Of a stretch of 5,850 nucleotides of DNA, positions 5,820 to 5,850 are shown piece after piece. Origin of the DNA: a virus (Duplodnaviria; Heunggongvirae; Uroviricota; Caudoviricetes); the IMG/VR virus record IMGVR_UViG_2698536449_000009; one strand, written 5' to 3'. The position numbers were made by a program, and so were the translations under genes. Position 1 is the first letter of the stretch. Every line of letters starts with the position of its first letter. The notes beneath the pieces were generated by a model that made no database searches, was not told the origin of the DNA, and saw nothing but the letters and a program-made list of their open reading frames with translations.

Positions 5820-5850
5820 TGAGGTGTACTGGCAATAGCGGACACTACCA
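5820..5850 (-). mobile_element. Terminal 31 bp of a second IS600-like copy, same orientation as the first; continues beyond the window
   Basis: Identical to 3615-3645 (TGAGGTGTACTGGCAATAGCGGACACTACCA). Confidence 0.75.

Noticed and set aside
1-5850. CRISPR array or other short tandem repeat array
   Set aside because: No regularly spaced short direct repeats were seen; the only repeats are the two large duplications and the IS ends.

Overview
This window reads as the late-regulatory and moron region of a lambdoid prophage in an Enterobacteriaceae host (E. coli/Shigella-like), with IS600-type insertions. All calls are from reading the sequence and recalled family features; no database search was run. 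In order: the 3' part of a lambda-type antiterminator Q gene; a PR'-like late promoter and tR'-like terminator; a small winged-helix ORF; a beta-class DPPY DNA methyltransferase; a 5' half of tRNA-Ile fused to a second copy of the Q-3'/PR'/tR' segment; intact tRNA-Ile(CAU) and tRNA-Arg(UCU); an AT-rich cargo ORF in the position where Stx phages carry stxAB (no stx is present); a 307-bp direct repeat present twice, flanking a left-end-truncated IS3-family element (IS600-like from recalled OrfA sequence); a second AT-rich convergent orphan gene; and the start of a small conserved late-region gene cut by a second IS copy at the window edge. The most interesting candidates for something undescribed are the two AT-rich orphan genes and the structured 307-bp repeat.
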